Source: Syntrophales bacterium
Lineage (GTDB): Bacteria; Desulfobacterota; Syntrophia; Syntrophales; UBA2210
NCBI GenBank assembly: GCA_963662405.2
Contig: CAXXKT010000001.1
Span: forward strand, 896,001 to 960,000
Length of the DNA: 64,000 nucleotides
Direction: 5' to 3'
This document shows positions 50,042 to 60,447 of this stretch, piece by piece. The notes beneath the pieces are model-generated. The model did no database searches and was not told where the DNA came from. It saw nothing but the letters and a program-made list of their open reading frames with translations. The translations under genes and the position numbers were made by a program. The stretch's first letter is position 1, and each line of letters starts with the position of its first letter.

Positions 50042-51415
50042 TTAAGGCGTTACAAACTCAGGATAGAGTTTTTGCGCGCATTCCGGGCACAGCCCGTGGC
50101 TGAATTGGGCATCCGAGTGTGTCACGATATACGATTCGATCTGGTTCCAGTAGCCCTTGTCGTCGCGAATCTTCTTACAGGAGGCACATATCGGAAGGAG
50201 GCCGCTCAATGTCTTGATTTCCGACAGGGCCTGTTGCAGTTCTGAAATAAGCGTTTCTCGCTCCTGCTCGACCCGCCTGCGCTCGCTGATGTCGCGCACG
50301 ATGGCCCAGAGACCGGAGGGGTTTCCTGCCTCATCCCGAAGGAGAGTTGTACGTAGCTCAACCGGGAAGATCGTGCCGTCTTTGCGCCGGTATTCCTTTT
50401 CGTATATATCCGAATACCCTTTTACAAGCACCTGGTTTCCCAAGATTTCTTCTTCAAAGGCGTGCCACTTTTCGGGTGTAATATCACGGAAATTCATCTC
50501 ATGCAGTTCTTCAGGGCGGTAACCGATCATGTTCACATAGGCATCATTGAACTCCGTGATCAAACCATCCAGTCCACAGCTGGCAAAGGCATCCCGCATG
50601 CTCTGATGAAGGAGACGATATTTTGCCTCGGAATTTCGGAGGGCTTCTTCCGCCTGTTTGCGTGTGGTGATATCGCTGTATACCCCCTCGATGCCAACAA
50701 TATTTCCTTCTGTGTCGCGGGCGAACTGGATGTTTGCCGAGACAATAACAGGGTTACCGTTGTCCCTGCGTTTGAGGATGACCTCGTATTGCGTTATTAT
50801 GCCGTCTTTCTGGAGAATTTCGAACTGCTTTTGTGCTTCGCCGGGATAATAATGAAACTCGTCGGCGATGTTCAACCCGATCATTTCTTCCACGGATGAA
50901 CAGCCGAGGATCCGCGCCGCGGAGGGAGAGGTAAAAATGAGGGTTCCGTCCAGATCAACCAGGAAAAGGGCATCCTGCATGTTATCGATAAGGCTTCGGT
51001 ACCGTTCTTCGCTGTGGCGCAGTGCCTCTTCTCCCTCATGCTGCTCGGTCACATCACGAATCGTGCAGATCATGCCGTTGAAACGGTCCCCGTGTAAGAC
51101 GGGAATGAGACTCCCCGATTGATAGGTCATTGCGCCTGCAGGGGTAACAACCGGAATGGCATTAAAAAAAACGGCGGTAAGGTTTTTTTTTGCCTGTAAG
51201 TAGTAGTTCTTAAACTCTCTCACGGTGCCTTCTGAAAAATCTCTCGGCACCTCAAGACCGATAATTTGTTCCCGCGGAATGCCCGCGATTCGTGCCATGG
51301 GGGTATTGACATAAATAATTCTGTCATCCTTGTCCATCACCAGGATCCCTTCCTCTATAGCATCGAATAGATATGTATAGAAATCCGGGTGACTCAGATT
51401 TTCGCCAAGTACCAT
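50042..51415 (-). CDS. Three-PAS sensor protein with C-terminal CxxC...CPxC domain
   Basis: Three PAS/PAC repeats ending RDVTE, SDITT, RDISE; tail LSGLLPICASCKKIRDDKGYWNQIESYI...SHGLCPEC. Confidence 0.85.
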   Translation of the reverse strand: MVLGENLSHPDFYTYLFDAIEEGILVMDKDDRIIYVNTPMARIAGIPREQIIGLEVPRDFSEGTVREFKNYYLQAKKNLTAVFFNAIPVVTPAGAMTYQSGSLIPVLHGDRFNGMICTIRDVTEQHEGEEALRHSEERYRSLIDNMQDALFLVDLDGTLIFTSPSAARILGCSSVEEMIGLNIADEFHYYPGEAQKQFEILQKDGIITQYEVILKRRDNGNPVIVSANIQFARDTEGNIVGIEGVYSDITTRKQAEEALRNSEAKYRLLHQSMRDAFASCGLDGLITEFNDAYVNMIGYRPEELHEMNFRDITPEKWHAFEEEILGNQVLVKGYSDIYEKEYRRKDGTIFPVELRTTLLRDEAGNPSGLWAIVRDISERRRVEQERETLISELQQALSEIKTLSGLLPICASCKKIRDDKGYWNQIESYIVTHSDAQFSHGLCPECAQKLYPEFVTP

Positions 51416-51632
51416 GATATCCTCCTCGCCAGGTATGGGGTATGACATACAACAATGACAGGTACCCCGTTCCAACAGGATACGATCAATCCGATGGTTC
51501 CGGAAACGCTCGGTTCCGACCACGAGTAATGCGCTTGTCCCTTGTGATTTTTCGCTGGAGAGAAAAACCGTTACTGAAAGAACGGCAGGTGACACTGACG
51601 GGCAACGTGGTGTTGTCCATCGTGCCGGTGAT

Positions 51633-51666
51633 GACCGGACGGACGGTCAACGCCGTCCATCCGGTC
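51633..51666. terminator. Hairpin downstream of mop
   Basis: gaccggacggacgg-tcaacg-ccgtccatccggtc. Confidence 0.5.
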
Positions 51667-51687
51667 GGTTGGGAGTCACGATGGTTG

Positions 51688-51900
51688 TCAGTCTTCCACC
51701 GCCACCATGACGTTTGTGGCCTTGATGACGGCGATAACGGACGAACCCGCCTTCAGACCCAGGTTATCGCTGGAGGTTTTGGTGATGATCGAGGTGATCT
51801 CGTCTCCTCCGGCAAGCTGGATGGTAATTTCGTTGTTGACGACGCCTTCTTTGACTGCTTTCACGGTTCCCTTCAGGGTGTTTCTCGCGCTGATCTTCAT
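51688..51900 (-). CDS. mop: Molbindin (Mop/TOBE molybdate-tungstate binding protein)
   Basis: MKISARN, ITSIIT, LGLKAG, AVIKATNV. Confidence 0.92.
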   Translation of the reverse strand: MKISARNTLKGTVKAVKEGVVNNEITIQLAGGDEITSIITKTSSDNLGLKAGSSVIAVIKATNVMVAVED

Positions 51901-51986
51901 GGCTCATCTCCTTTCCGATCATGCTTTGCGGGCGGATGACAGGCCCCCCGCACGGATTTGTGTTAAGTATAACATAGTCCATTTCT

Positions 51987-52682
51987 TCATGCCTCAATCA
52001 TTTCGAATGAAAATTCCGAAAGGGACCGCACCTTGAAGTCGGCCTCGTTGAACCGCAGATCGTCGTACTGGTCCGGCGCGGGGACGGCAACGACGGTCAT
52101 CTTCGCGGATTTCGCGGCGCGTACCCCCAGAAGTGAATCCTCAAAGACCAGGCAGGCAGCGGGATCGACGGCCAACTGCTCGGCCGTCCGCAGGTAGACC
52201 GCGGGGTCCGGTTTTCCCAGGGCATCCGCGTCTGCGGAGCAGAGGACCTGAAAGAAATCACGAATCGTCAGTTTGTCGACGACTGCCTCGATCAGGCCGA
52301 AGGGAGAAGATGAGGCAATGGCGAGTCGCAGCTGCGCCCCCCGCAGGTGCTCCAGGATCTCGCGCACTCCCCGCAGGGGCCTTCCCTCTTCCGAAACCAT
52401 CCGCTGCATGGCCGTGAGGACCTCTTCCTCGACCTGACGGGGGCTCTTCCCTGCCCACGAAAATTCCTTGTACCAGTGCGCGACGACCTCGTCGAGGCGC
52501 AGCCCCATCGTCCCGATGCACATCTCCCTGGTAAGATCGATCCCTACACTCCCGAATACCTCCCGTTCGGCCCGCCGCCAGAGGGGCTCGGAATCGATCA
52601 GGACACCATCCATATCAAAGATCGCCGCCTGAAAGGGAAACGTCGCGCGCGGAGACGGGTTGAACGGGGCGTTCATGCTCAT
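51987..52682 (-). CDS. HAD-superfamily sugar phosphatase (HxpB/YniC-like)
   Basis: FDMDGVLIDSEPLW, ASSS, GKPDPAVY, FEDS. Confidence 0.9.
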   Translation of the reverse strand: MSMNAPFNPSPRATFPFQAAIFDMDGVLIDSEPLWRRAEREVFGSVGIDLTREMCIGTMGLRLDEVVAHWYKEFSWAGKSPRQVEEEVLTAMQRMVSEEGRPLRGVREILEHLRGAQLRLAIASSSPFGLIEAVVDKLTIRDFFQVLCSADADALGKPDPAVYLRTAEQLAVDPAACLVFEDSLLGVRAAKSAKMTVVAVPAPDQYDDLRFNEADFKVRSLSEFSFEMIEA

Positions 52683-53452
52683 TTTTCTACCTGATGCAGT
52701 TCTTTGCTCCGGTCCTTCGAGAGATCGACCGCCTTGAATCCCTCCCCTTCCGTGGGGAGGACCATGAGAAACTCGTTGCAGCGGTCGACGGCGCAGGTAC
52801 CGGTACCGGTCTCGAGGGCGAGGATATGGCCGCCCCAGGTGCGGTCATCGCTGATGAAGTGGAGGTGATACCCGGGGACATTGATTCCCTTCACGTAGGC
52901 CGGACACCGGAACCCGACAATCGTCCCGGAAATGTGGTTCTTTTCAAAGATGCTCTGATTCCTGGTGATCTCGGCGAGGGGGGGATAGGGCTTGTCTTGG
53001 GCGGGGACGCTCCGCGTCTTCATGTACGTGAAGGTCCCGGTGACCTTGATCGCGTAAAAGAGATTCTTGTTCGCGATGGATGCGTCGATCTCCTGTGTTA
53101 TCTGATCGAAATCCATACCATTCTTGATATCGAAGGTGTGATCAGCCTCGAACCGGCAGACGGAGGCGAAGGGCGTGGTCACTGTCCCGGCCGGTGTGTA
53201 GACCTTCCCGTCCACCTTGACCTGATACACCGTGCCGTCGAATACCACCATCTCCCCCTCGAGGCGGTCGAAGGTCCCGATCCCGAAGTCTCCGTATTCC
53301 AGCAGTTTGCTGCAGGGCATCGCGCCGTCATACACCCCGGCGACCAGGGCGTCGATCGTCGACACCTGCATGACGGTGTCCTGGGCGGGGGCCTGAGCAC
53401 CGAAAAGTAAAAGAAAAAGACAGAGGATTCCAGCAATATACCTTTTCATCAT
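52679..53452 (-). CDS. budA: Alpha-acetolactate decarboxylase with signal peptide
   Basis: QVSTIDAL..GVYDG, GDFGIGTF..LEGE, RSVP, GYHLHF, GGH. Confidence 0.9.
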   Translation of the reverse strand: MMKRYIAGILCLFLLLFGAQAPAQDTVMQVSTIDALVAGVYDGAMPCSKLLEYGDFGIGTFDRLEGEMVVFDGTVYQVKVDGKVYTPAGTVTTPFASVCRFEADHTFDIKNGMDFDQITQEIDASIANKNLFYAIKVTGTFTYMKTRSVPAQDKPYPPLAEITRNQSIFEKNHISGTIVGFRCPAYVKGINVPGYHLHFISDDRTWGGHILALETGTGTCAVDRCNEFLMVLPTEGEGFKAVDLSKDRSKELHQVEK

Positions 53453-53578
53453 GCATCTCCTTATTTGAGTTATGTGCGGGCGTACTGTAGCATACTTCAC
53501 CCCGCGTCGTCATGGGTTACATGCACTTGCATTGTCTCCCTTATCGGCATTTTTATGAAATGATTGAATATTGTTTCT

Positions 53579-53944
53579 CTATCTTGTGCGATGCCGGACG
53601 AGCAGCCACCCATATGTCACCAGGTTGATCACAATCACGAAGGACCCCAAAATGAGTTGGATTTCCCTGGTCAGGGCCGATGGGTACAGGACCGGCAAGA
53701 GGTAGTGTTCTATGAAACCCCCGGCATACCCGGCCTGCCCGGCCGCCTGCCTGAACCGCTGTTCCAGCGGCGTGAGCGGGCAGATCCACCCCTGAAACTC
53801 GATGAGTGCCCCCCATAGGGCAGCGGGGATATGGAGGAATAGAACCCATCGCCATCGCCAGACCAGAAAACCGCCCAGCACCACGAAACAGATAAATCCG
53901 AGGTGGAGAAGCAGGACCACGTACGTGGCGATCCAGCACATCAT
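53579..53944 (-). CDS. DUF2784 family membrane protein
   Basis: HLGFI, LHIPA..WG, CPLTPLE, GFIEHYL. Confidence 0.88.
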   Translation of the reverse strand: MMCWIATYVVLLLHLGFICFVVLGGFLVWRWRWVLFLHIPAALWGALIEFQGWICPLTPLEQRFRQAAGQAGYAGGFIEHYLLPVLYPSALTREIQLILGSFVIVINLVTYGWLLVRHRTR

Positions 53945-53987
53945 CGTATCTTACCGTATTTCCTTTTAATTCACCAATAAACCGTTT

Positions 53988-54614
53988 TTAGCCCAGGGGG
54001 ATGACGGCAAAAATGACGGCGCTCCACAGGGAGTGCGAGATAATGACCGGCAGCAGGTTACGGAGACGCCAGTACATCGCCCCCCAGAAGGCACCGGCGA
54101 CGGCGGCGGCCCCGATCAGCATGAGATTGAAGGACCACAGGTGCACTCCGGCGTAGATCACGGTGGTCAGGACCCACCCTCTGCATCCCCCGAATCGTTC
54201 CATCAGGCTGCCCTGCACAAAGCCACGCCAGTACAGTTCCTCGCAGGGCCCGGTCACGAAGAGGAGCAGAAGGATGATAATCCACTGCGGGGTCCCCGCC
54301 CCCCTGCCGTAGACCCCCCCGATCTGACGCTCCGCAAAGGGGAAGAGGGTCGTCGAGATCTCCTTCCCCGCCCAGAAGATCAGGTACAGGACCACAGCGG
54401 AGACCAGACCGATCAGGAGCGTTTTCGTATCAAAACGGAGGCGATCCCCGGAGACCGGTCGTATCCACCAGGAAACGGCTGCCAGCGACGACGCGGAGAG
54501 GCTGATTTTGATCCAAAAGGTGCTGAATGACAGGGAAAAGGTGGCATACCAGAAGAGATTGGCCAGAAGAATCGTTACCAGTAACATGGTCCATGGGGGG
54601 CGTTTCCAGTCCAT
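53988..54614 (-). CDS. CPBP (CAAX/Abi) intramembrane glutamic endopeptidase
   Basis: EELYWRG, YAGVH, ISHSLW. Confidence 0.9.
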   Translation of the reverse strand: MDWKRPPWTMLLVTILLANLFWYATFSLSFSTFWIKISLSASSLAAVSWWIRPVSGDRLRFDTKTLLIGLVSAVVLYLIFWAGKEISTTLFPFAERQIGGVYGRGAGTPQWIIILLLLFVTGPCEELYWRGFVQGSLMERFGGCRGWVLTTVIYAGVHLWSFNLMLIGAAAVAGAFWGAMYWRLRNLLPVIISHSLWSAVIFAVIPLG

Positions 54615-54707
54615 AGCACTACCTAAAGGTTCGATGTTTCTATAAAAGACCCGCCAACAGCCGGGACGCTGTTACCAGTAACGTCTCCCGCGCCATCCCT
54701 CCCTTTC

Positions 54708-55595
54708 TCACGTCAATCTCCCGATCAAGAGTGAGATGAGAAGGAGGATACCGAATGCCGTATTGAGTTTTGCCGTCTGTGCGTCGGCGTCCTGAGGGGG
54801 ATTTTGTATCATTTTCCTGAGCAGACTGAAAAAGAGGGGAATCGACAGGAGCACCAGGAGAGACCACGGATTCAGGGGACCCGCAAAGGCCATCACCGCC
54901 ACCGACAGGTACGCAAAAGTAACCATACCGATGTAGACCCATATCCCCTTGCGCGTTCCCGTTATGGTCGACAGGGTGGCAATTCCCCTTCCCCGGTCAT
55001 CCGCGGTGTCCCGGAGGTTATTGGCGAAGAGGACCAGCGCGACCAGCACACCGAAGGGGACCGAGGCCCACAGGGCATCCAGACTCAGGGTTTGCCGCTG
55101 CACGAAGTACGCCCCCTCCACCATCAACGGTCCCCACATGAGAAAGACGGAAAATTCTCCTAATGCTATATATTTATATCTGAACGGAGGGGCCGTGTAA
55201 AAGATCCCGGCAAAGGCCCCAATCAGCGCCAGAACCAGGATGGTCCATCCTCTCGTGACCGCAAGGAAGAGACCGATCGATGCGGCAAGCGCGAAAAGAC
55301 ACACCGCCTCGATCATAACCTCGGTGAGGGTCAGGGCCCCCTCGGCGAGGGGGTGCGGTCGATATTGCGCGGTTGAGACCTCCACGGTGTCCACGCCGCT
55401 CAGTATGTCAAAGTAATCATTGACAAGATTTGCCGCACCGTGCATGAAGATCACACCAGAGACGGTGAGCAGATAGAGGCCCCATGAAAACCCGCCATCC
55501 ATGGCTGCCATCAGCGCGCCCACACTGATCGAGACGGCCGTCATCGTGAAAGACCACGGCCTGGCGGCCAGAAACCACTTTTTATACGTGTGCAT
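54708..55595 (-). CDS. menA: 1,4-dihydroxy-2-naphthoate prenyltransferase (UbiA family)
   Basis: AARPWS, ANLVNDYFD..SGVD, YTAPP..YKY.ALGE, ANNLRD...D. Confidence 0.88.
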   Translation of the reverse strand: MHTYKKWFLAARPWSFTMTAVSISVGALMAAMDGGFSWGLYLLTVSGVIFMHGAANLVNDYFDILSGVDTVEVSTAQYRPHPLAEGALTLTEVMIEAVCLFALAASIGLFLAVTRGWTILVLALIGAFAGIFYTAPPFRYKYIALGEFSVFLMWGPLMVEGAYFVQRQTLSLDALWASVPFGVLVALVLFANNLRDTADDRGRGIATLSTITGTRKGIWVYIGMVTFAYLSVAVMAFAGPLNPWSLLVLLSIPLFFSLLRKMIQNPPQDADAQTAKLNTAFGILLLISLLIGRLT

Positions 55596-55733
55596 GCCGT
55601 TTCGCTCCCCCCGTCCCGGCTGAACCACAAGACACCCTTCGATTGTGAGATTCATACCCGATCCGCATGCTCTATTCAAGTATTTTCAGGTCATTGTACG
55701 GCTTCGGCGGTGGGAAAGTCCCTCGTGATCGAT

Positions 55734-56081
55734 CTACATAATGCCGGGCGAAAAGACATCGTATATCACGAGGGTAGCGGTCACCGCGAATATGCGGTGA
55801 CGGGTACCCCGCGGGACGCGCACCACAACCCCTTGATACAGTTCTATATTTCCGGTACCGTCCACCCACATTGTCGCCGTACCGGAGAGGATACAGAGGA
55901 TATCTTCACTGTTTTCGTGGATATGTTCCGGCACCTCAACACCAACGGGGATCCGTACCGTAATGATGGACGGACTGTCCGGCCCGAACTGCGCCTGTGT
56001 TATCACCTTTTGAACGGAGAGATCCGGCACCGTCGGGTGGTCATCCCACGGCAGATCCTTCATATCGCAGTATATATCCAC
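55734..56081 (-). CDS. Cupin domain protein
   Basis: PEHIHENSED...G...VPRGTRH; AAGGAG upstream of GTG 56081; appears as the tail of ORF 55734..57374 only because of the upstream frameshift. Confidence 0.8.
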   Translation of the reverse strand: MDIYCDMKDLPWDDHPTVPDLSVQKVITQAQFGPDSPSIITVRIPVGVEVPEHIHENSEDILCILSGTATMWVDGTGNIELYQGVVVRVPRGTRHRIFAVTATLVIYDVFSPGIM

Positions 56082-56266
56082 TGGCAGACTCCTTTCTTTA
56101 TGGATGGACACCGCAAATAACCCACATATCTCATGCGCACCGGTCATCCGGCGGATGCTGTGGAACCTTTTTACTTCTTTAGCAGACGATCTGCGTTTGT
56201 TCAACCGGCAATAACACGTCGGGTGAAGGGAGTGAAGATACGCCCGACCACCTTCATAACCAATAG

Positions 56267-57374
56267 TTATTTCAATGTTTTTCTGAATCGTTTCGAGGCG
56301 AGAACGAGAAAACCGACCGCCAGCGTCAGCTGGGCCGCTGCCGCCGGCCACAGAATCTCGATTCCCACCCCTTTCATGACCACCCCCGCGCAGGATTTCC
56401 AGGTACCAGCGCATTGGATTGAACCAGGTGACATACTGCACCACCTGCGGCATGTTGTGGATGGGGAACATAAACCCGCTCAAGAGGACGCACGGCATGA
56501 TGATGAAAAAGGCGGTCAACAGGGCCTGCTGTTGCGTGTCGGCGCTGGCGCTTACCAGGAGGGCAAGCCCCAGATTGCCGCACAGGTAGATCCCCGTCAG
56601 GCCGTAGAGGAGAAGGATACTCCCGTGAATACGGACATCAAAGACCAGTACGGCCAGGATAAACATCAGGGTCATGGAGATATACCCGGTGATGACGTAC
56701 GGAATCGTCTTCCCCAGGATAAATTCCATCTTGCGGATCGGGGTCACCATCACCTGTTCGATGGTCCCGATCTCCTTTTCCTTGACGACACCGATGCTGG
56801 TGAGCATGAGGCTGAACACCAGGAGCATGACGGCGATAAGGGCCGGCACATAGTACAGGGGGCTCTCCTGATTGGGATTGAACCAGGCGCGGATCGCCAA
56901 CGCGAGCGGAGCGGTACCGGCCCGTTTCCCCTGCAACCGCTCGTTGAAACCGGCAATGATTCCATCGGCATAGCCGAGGATGATCGCGGTAGTATTGCTG
57001 TCCGTTCCGTCGACCATCAGTTGCACCGGCGCCGAACGGCCCGCCCGGATATCGCCGGCGAATCCGGCGGGAATCCGGAGTCCGGCCCGTACCGCTCCCC
57101 GGTCCAGGAGCCGGGTCATCTGATCCATCGATTCCACCTGGCGGATGATCTGGAAATAGCCCCCGCCGGTAAAGGCGCTGAGCAGTTCGCGGGAGACCGG
57201 GGTCCGGTCCCGATCGAGGACGGTCATGCGCACTCGTGTCACATCCGTGGTCAGGGCGAATGCCATCACCAGCATCTGCATCACCGGCAAACCAAAGACA
57301 ACCAGGCGCATGCGCCGGTCCCGCATCATCTGCAGAAATTCCTTGACGAGCATCCGTTTCAGTCGTGTCAGCAT
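56267..57374 (-). pseudogene. ABC-2 permease (YbhR-like) with +1 frameshift (real or sequencing error)
   Basis: KEKEIGTIEQVMVTP, LLSGFMFP; removing one base from the C5 run 56383-56387 restores LRGVVMKGVGIEILWP...RFRKTLK*. Confidence 0.8.
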
Positions 57375-57378
57375 ACCG

Positions 57379-58518
57379 TTACTCCAGACGCAGCTTCAAC
57401 CGTTTGTTGGCCGCCATGATCAGGACGGCGGCGTAGATGCACAGCAACAGCGCGTTCAGCCACAGGATCTCCAGACCGATCCCTTTCATGTAGATCCCCC
57501 GCATGATGGGGATGAAATACCGCGCCGGGACGATGTAGGTCAGGGCCTGGAGGAGGGGAGGCATGTTTTCGATGGCGAAGACGAACCCGCTGAGGATCAG
57601 GGTCGGGAGAAATCCGGCGACGATCGCGATCTGGTTGGCCAATACCTGTGATTTCAAGGTGATGCTCAGAGTCATCCCCAGGAAAAGCGCGCCGGTCAGA
57701 AAGAGGGCGGCCATGGCAAAGAGGAGGGCCGGGCTCCCCCGCAGGGGGACATGGAAGAGCCATTCCCCGAGGGCGACGGCGATGGCGACATCAATCATCC
57801 CGATTACAAAATACGGGATTACCTTCCCGAAGATGAGTTCGTGTCCTCGAATCGGCGTACTGATCAACTGCTCCATGGTCCCGGTTTCCCACTCCCGGGC
57901 GATAGTGACGCTGGTCAGCATGGCGGCGATCACCATCATGACGATCGCCACGATCCCGGGGAGGATCATGTTCTGGCTGCGCATGGCGGCGTTGTACCAG
58001 ACCCGGGGAACCAGCTCGACGGAACCCGCCCGGCGCTGCCCCTGGGGAGTGAACGCCAGAGCGGCGGCACGAATCTTTCTGTTATAGATCATCCCGATGC
58101 CCCGCGTGTAGGTCGCCGCCAGCCGGGAGGTGGTGGCGTCGCTGCCGTCCACAATGGCCTGGATGGTCACGGTCCGTCCGGCACGGATCTTTCCGGCAAA
58201 ATCCCCCGGTATCACCAGGGCGATCATCGCCTTTCCCGCGTCGATCTCTCGCTTCAGGGGGGCGTAGCCGTCATGGAACCCCTTGATGGAGAAGTAAGGT
58301 GAACCATCAAAGAGACTCAGGAGTTCCCGGCTTTCGGGGGTACGTGATTGGTCCCATATCACCGTGGGGACCTTCTTCAGGTCGAGCGTGAGCGCGTAGC
58401 CGAAGAGCAGGATCAGCACCAGGGGGATCGCGATCGCCAGGAAGAGACTGCGCCAGTCCCTGAGGACGTGGATGAATTCCGTGCGGGCCACGGCGGTCGT
58501 GCGGCGCAGGTTAATCAT
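57379..58518 (-). CDS. ABC-2 permease (YbhS-like)
   Basis: LLFGYAL, AREWETGTMEQLISTP, LSGFVFAIENMP. Confidence 0.92.
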   Translation of the reverse strand: MINLRRTTAVARTEFIHVLRDWRSLFLAIAIPLVLILLFGYALTLDLKKVPTVIWDQSRTPESRELLSLFDGSPYFSIKGFHDGYAPLKREIDAGKAMIALVIPGDFAGKIRAGRTVTIQAIVDGSDATTSRLAATYTRGIGMIYNRKIRAAALAFTPQGQRRAGSVELVPRVWYNAAMRSQNMILPGIVAIVMMVIAAMLTSVTIAREWETGTMEQLISTPIRGHELIFGKVIPYFVIGMIDVAIAVALGEWLFHVPLRGSPALLFAMAALFLTGALFLGMTLSITLKSQVLANQIAIVAGFLPTLILSGFVFAIENMPPLLQALTYIVPARYFIPIMRGIYMKGIGLEILWLNALLLCIYAAVLIMAANKRLKLRLE

Positions 58519-60443
58519 GGACCCCTCCCCGCTCCGCCCGATCAAAGGCCTCGATGACCGAGACGAAGACATCCTCCATGCCGGGGGTCACCGGCTCAAT
58601 GCGCTCCGCCGTTGCCTGCACGGCAGCCAACAGGTCCCGTATCTGCGCGGTCGCGGCGTCGGTGTCGGTACAGACGACATGGAGCCCCGCCCCGAAGAGG
58701 GACACATCGTGCACGGCCGGGAGAGAGGCAACCTTCTCAAGGATATCCTGCGGGTCGGCGCACCGTACATCCAGGATCCGGTCGCGTATGACCGTGGATT
58801 TCAGCTCCCGGGGGGAACCGAGGGCGATCATCTTGCCGTGGTAGATCAGGGCGACCCGGTCGCAGTACTCCGCCTCCTCCATATAGTGGGTGGTGACAAA
58901 GACCGTCACGCCGCGGTCGGCCATATGGTAGATCAGATCCCAGAAGCGACGGCGGCTGAGGGGATCGACCCCGCTGGTCGGCTCGTCAAGGAAGATAATC
59001 GGCGGTTCGTGGAGGATGGCGCAGGCCAGTGCCAGCCGCTGGCGCCACCCGCCGCTGAGTACCGCGGTGAGGCTGCGCCGCCGCTCCCCAAGACCGGCCA
59101 TCGTCACGGCCCAGTCCCTTCGTTCGGTCATTCGCTTTCCCTCGAGCCCGTAGATCCCCCCGTAGAAATCGATGTTCTCTTCGACGGTCAGGTCTTCGTA
59201 AAGGGAAAATTTCTGGCTCATGTAGCCGATATGCCGCTTGATCTGCTCGCTCTCCCGCCCGATATCGTAGCCGGCGACGGTCCCTTCCCCCGCACTGGGT
59301 CGCAACAGCCCGCACAGCATGCGGATCGTGGTGCTCTTTCCCGCCCCGTTGGGGCCCAGGAAACCGAATATCTCCCCCCGTGGTACCTGAAAACTCACCC
59401 GGTCCACGGCCACGAACCGGCCGAAACGACGGGTCAGGTCCTGCACCTCGACGGCGACACCGTCGGGAGGGGGAACGCCGGTCGGGCTCTCATCCGCGAT
59501 TATAAGGGGTGTTTCCCGGCCGAGGACACTGACGAAGACATCCTCCAGGGAAGGAGCCGCTTCGCGCATATCTCCGGCGGGGAGGTCGTGGTCGTCGAGG
59601 AGGCGCTTCACCATAGTGCGGGGTGGTCTCCACGTCGTCACAGACCACGTGTACCGTATCCCCGAAGACCGTCGTGCTGTCGGCGGGGAGGTGACGCGTC
59701 ACAATCCGGCTGATGGCCCGGGCCTGATCACTGCGAATACTCAGGATCCGTCCGCTCATGAGGCCCCGGATCTCTCCGGGGGAACCGGCGGCCAGAAGGC
59801 TACCCTCACTGATCAACCCCACCCGGTTGCACCGTTCGGCCTCGTCGAGATAGGCGGTGGTGACCAGAATCGCCACATCCTGCTGCAACAACTGATAGAG
59901 GATGCGCCAGAATTCCCTGCGACTCACGGGGTCTACGCCGTTGGTGGGTTCGTCGAGAAGCAGGACCTGCGGGGTGTGGATCAGGGCACAGATCAGCTGC
60001 AGTTTCTGCTTCATGCCCCCGGACAGATCCCCGGCCCGGCGACCGGTGAAGGGTGCCATCCGGCTGAACGCGAGGAGTTCTTTCATCCGTCCCGCACGGT
60101 CCCGGCGAGACACACCATACAGATCGGCGTAATAGTCTATGTTTTCCCGAACGGTCAGGTCCGGGTACAGGCCGAACCGCTGGCTCATATAGGCCAGTCG
60201 GTCCCTGCCATTCCCGGGATCGGTGATCAGATCGCACCCGGCCATACGGATTTCGCCCGCCGTCGGGGACATGATCCCCGCCAGCATCCGCAGGGTCGTG
60301 GTCTTCCCGGCACCGTCCGGCCCGACGAGGCCGAAGATTTCGCCCGGCCCGACGGATAGATCGAGGGAATCGACCGCCGTCAGGTCCCCAAATAGCCGGG
60401 TGAGGCCCCGGGCATGGATGACGGCCTCCGCCGGGATGGTCAT
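58511..60443 (-). pseudogene. Two-NBD ABC ATPase (YbhF-like) split by a +1 frameshift (real or sequencing error)
   Basis: NBD1 GPDGAGKT/LSGG/LLLDEP; NBD2 GPNGAGKS/LSGG/FLDEP; removing one base from the G4 run 59620-59623 joins DVETT to RTMVKR...PSLEDVF. Confidence 0.8.
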
Positions 60444-60447
60444 GGCG

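Noticed and set aside
51560..51610. AAACCGTT...GAAA...AACGG riboswitch-like stem near the PAS gene
   Set aside because: On the strand opposite the local genes and lacking the remaining conserved elements
51955..51985. AT-rich possible ModE-type box upstream of mop
   Set aside because: No clear palindrome or consensus match
55734..57374. Novel ABC permease-cupin fusion protein
   Set aside because: Explained by a +1 frameshift; the proper permease end is in the adjacent frame and the cupin has its own RBS and start
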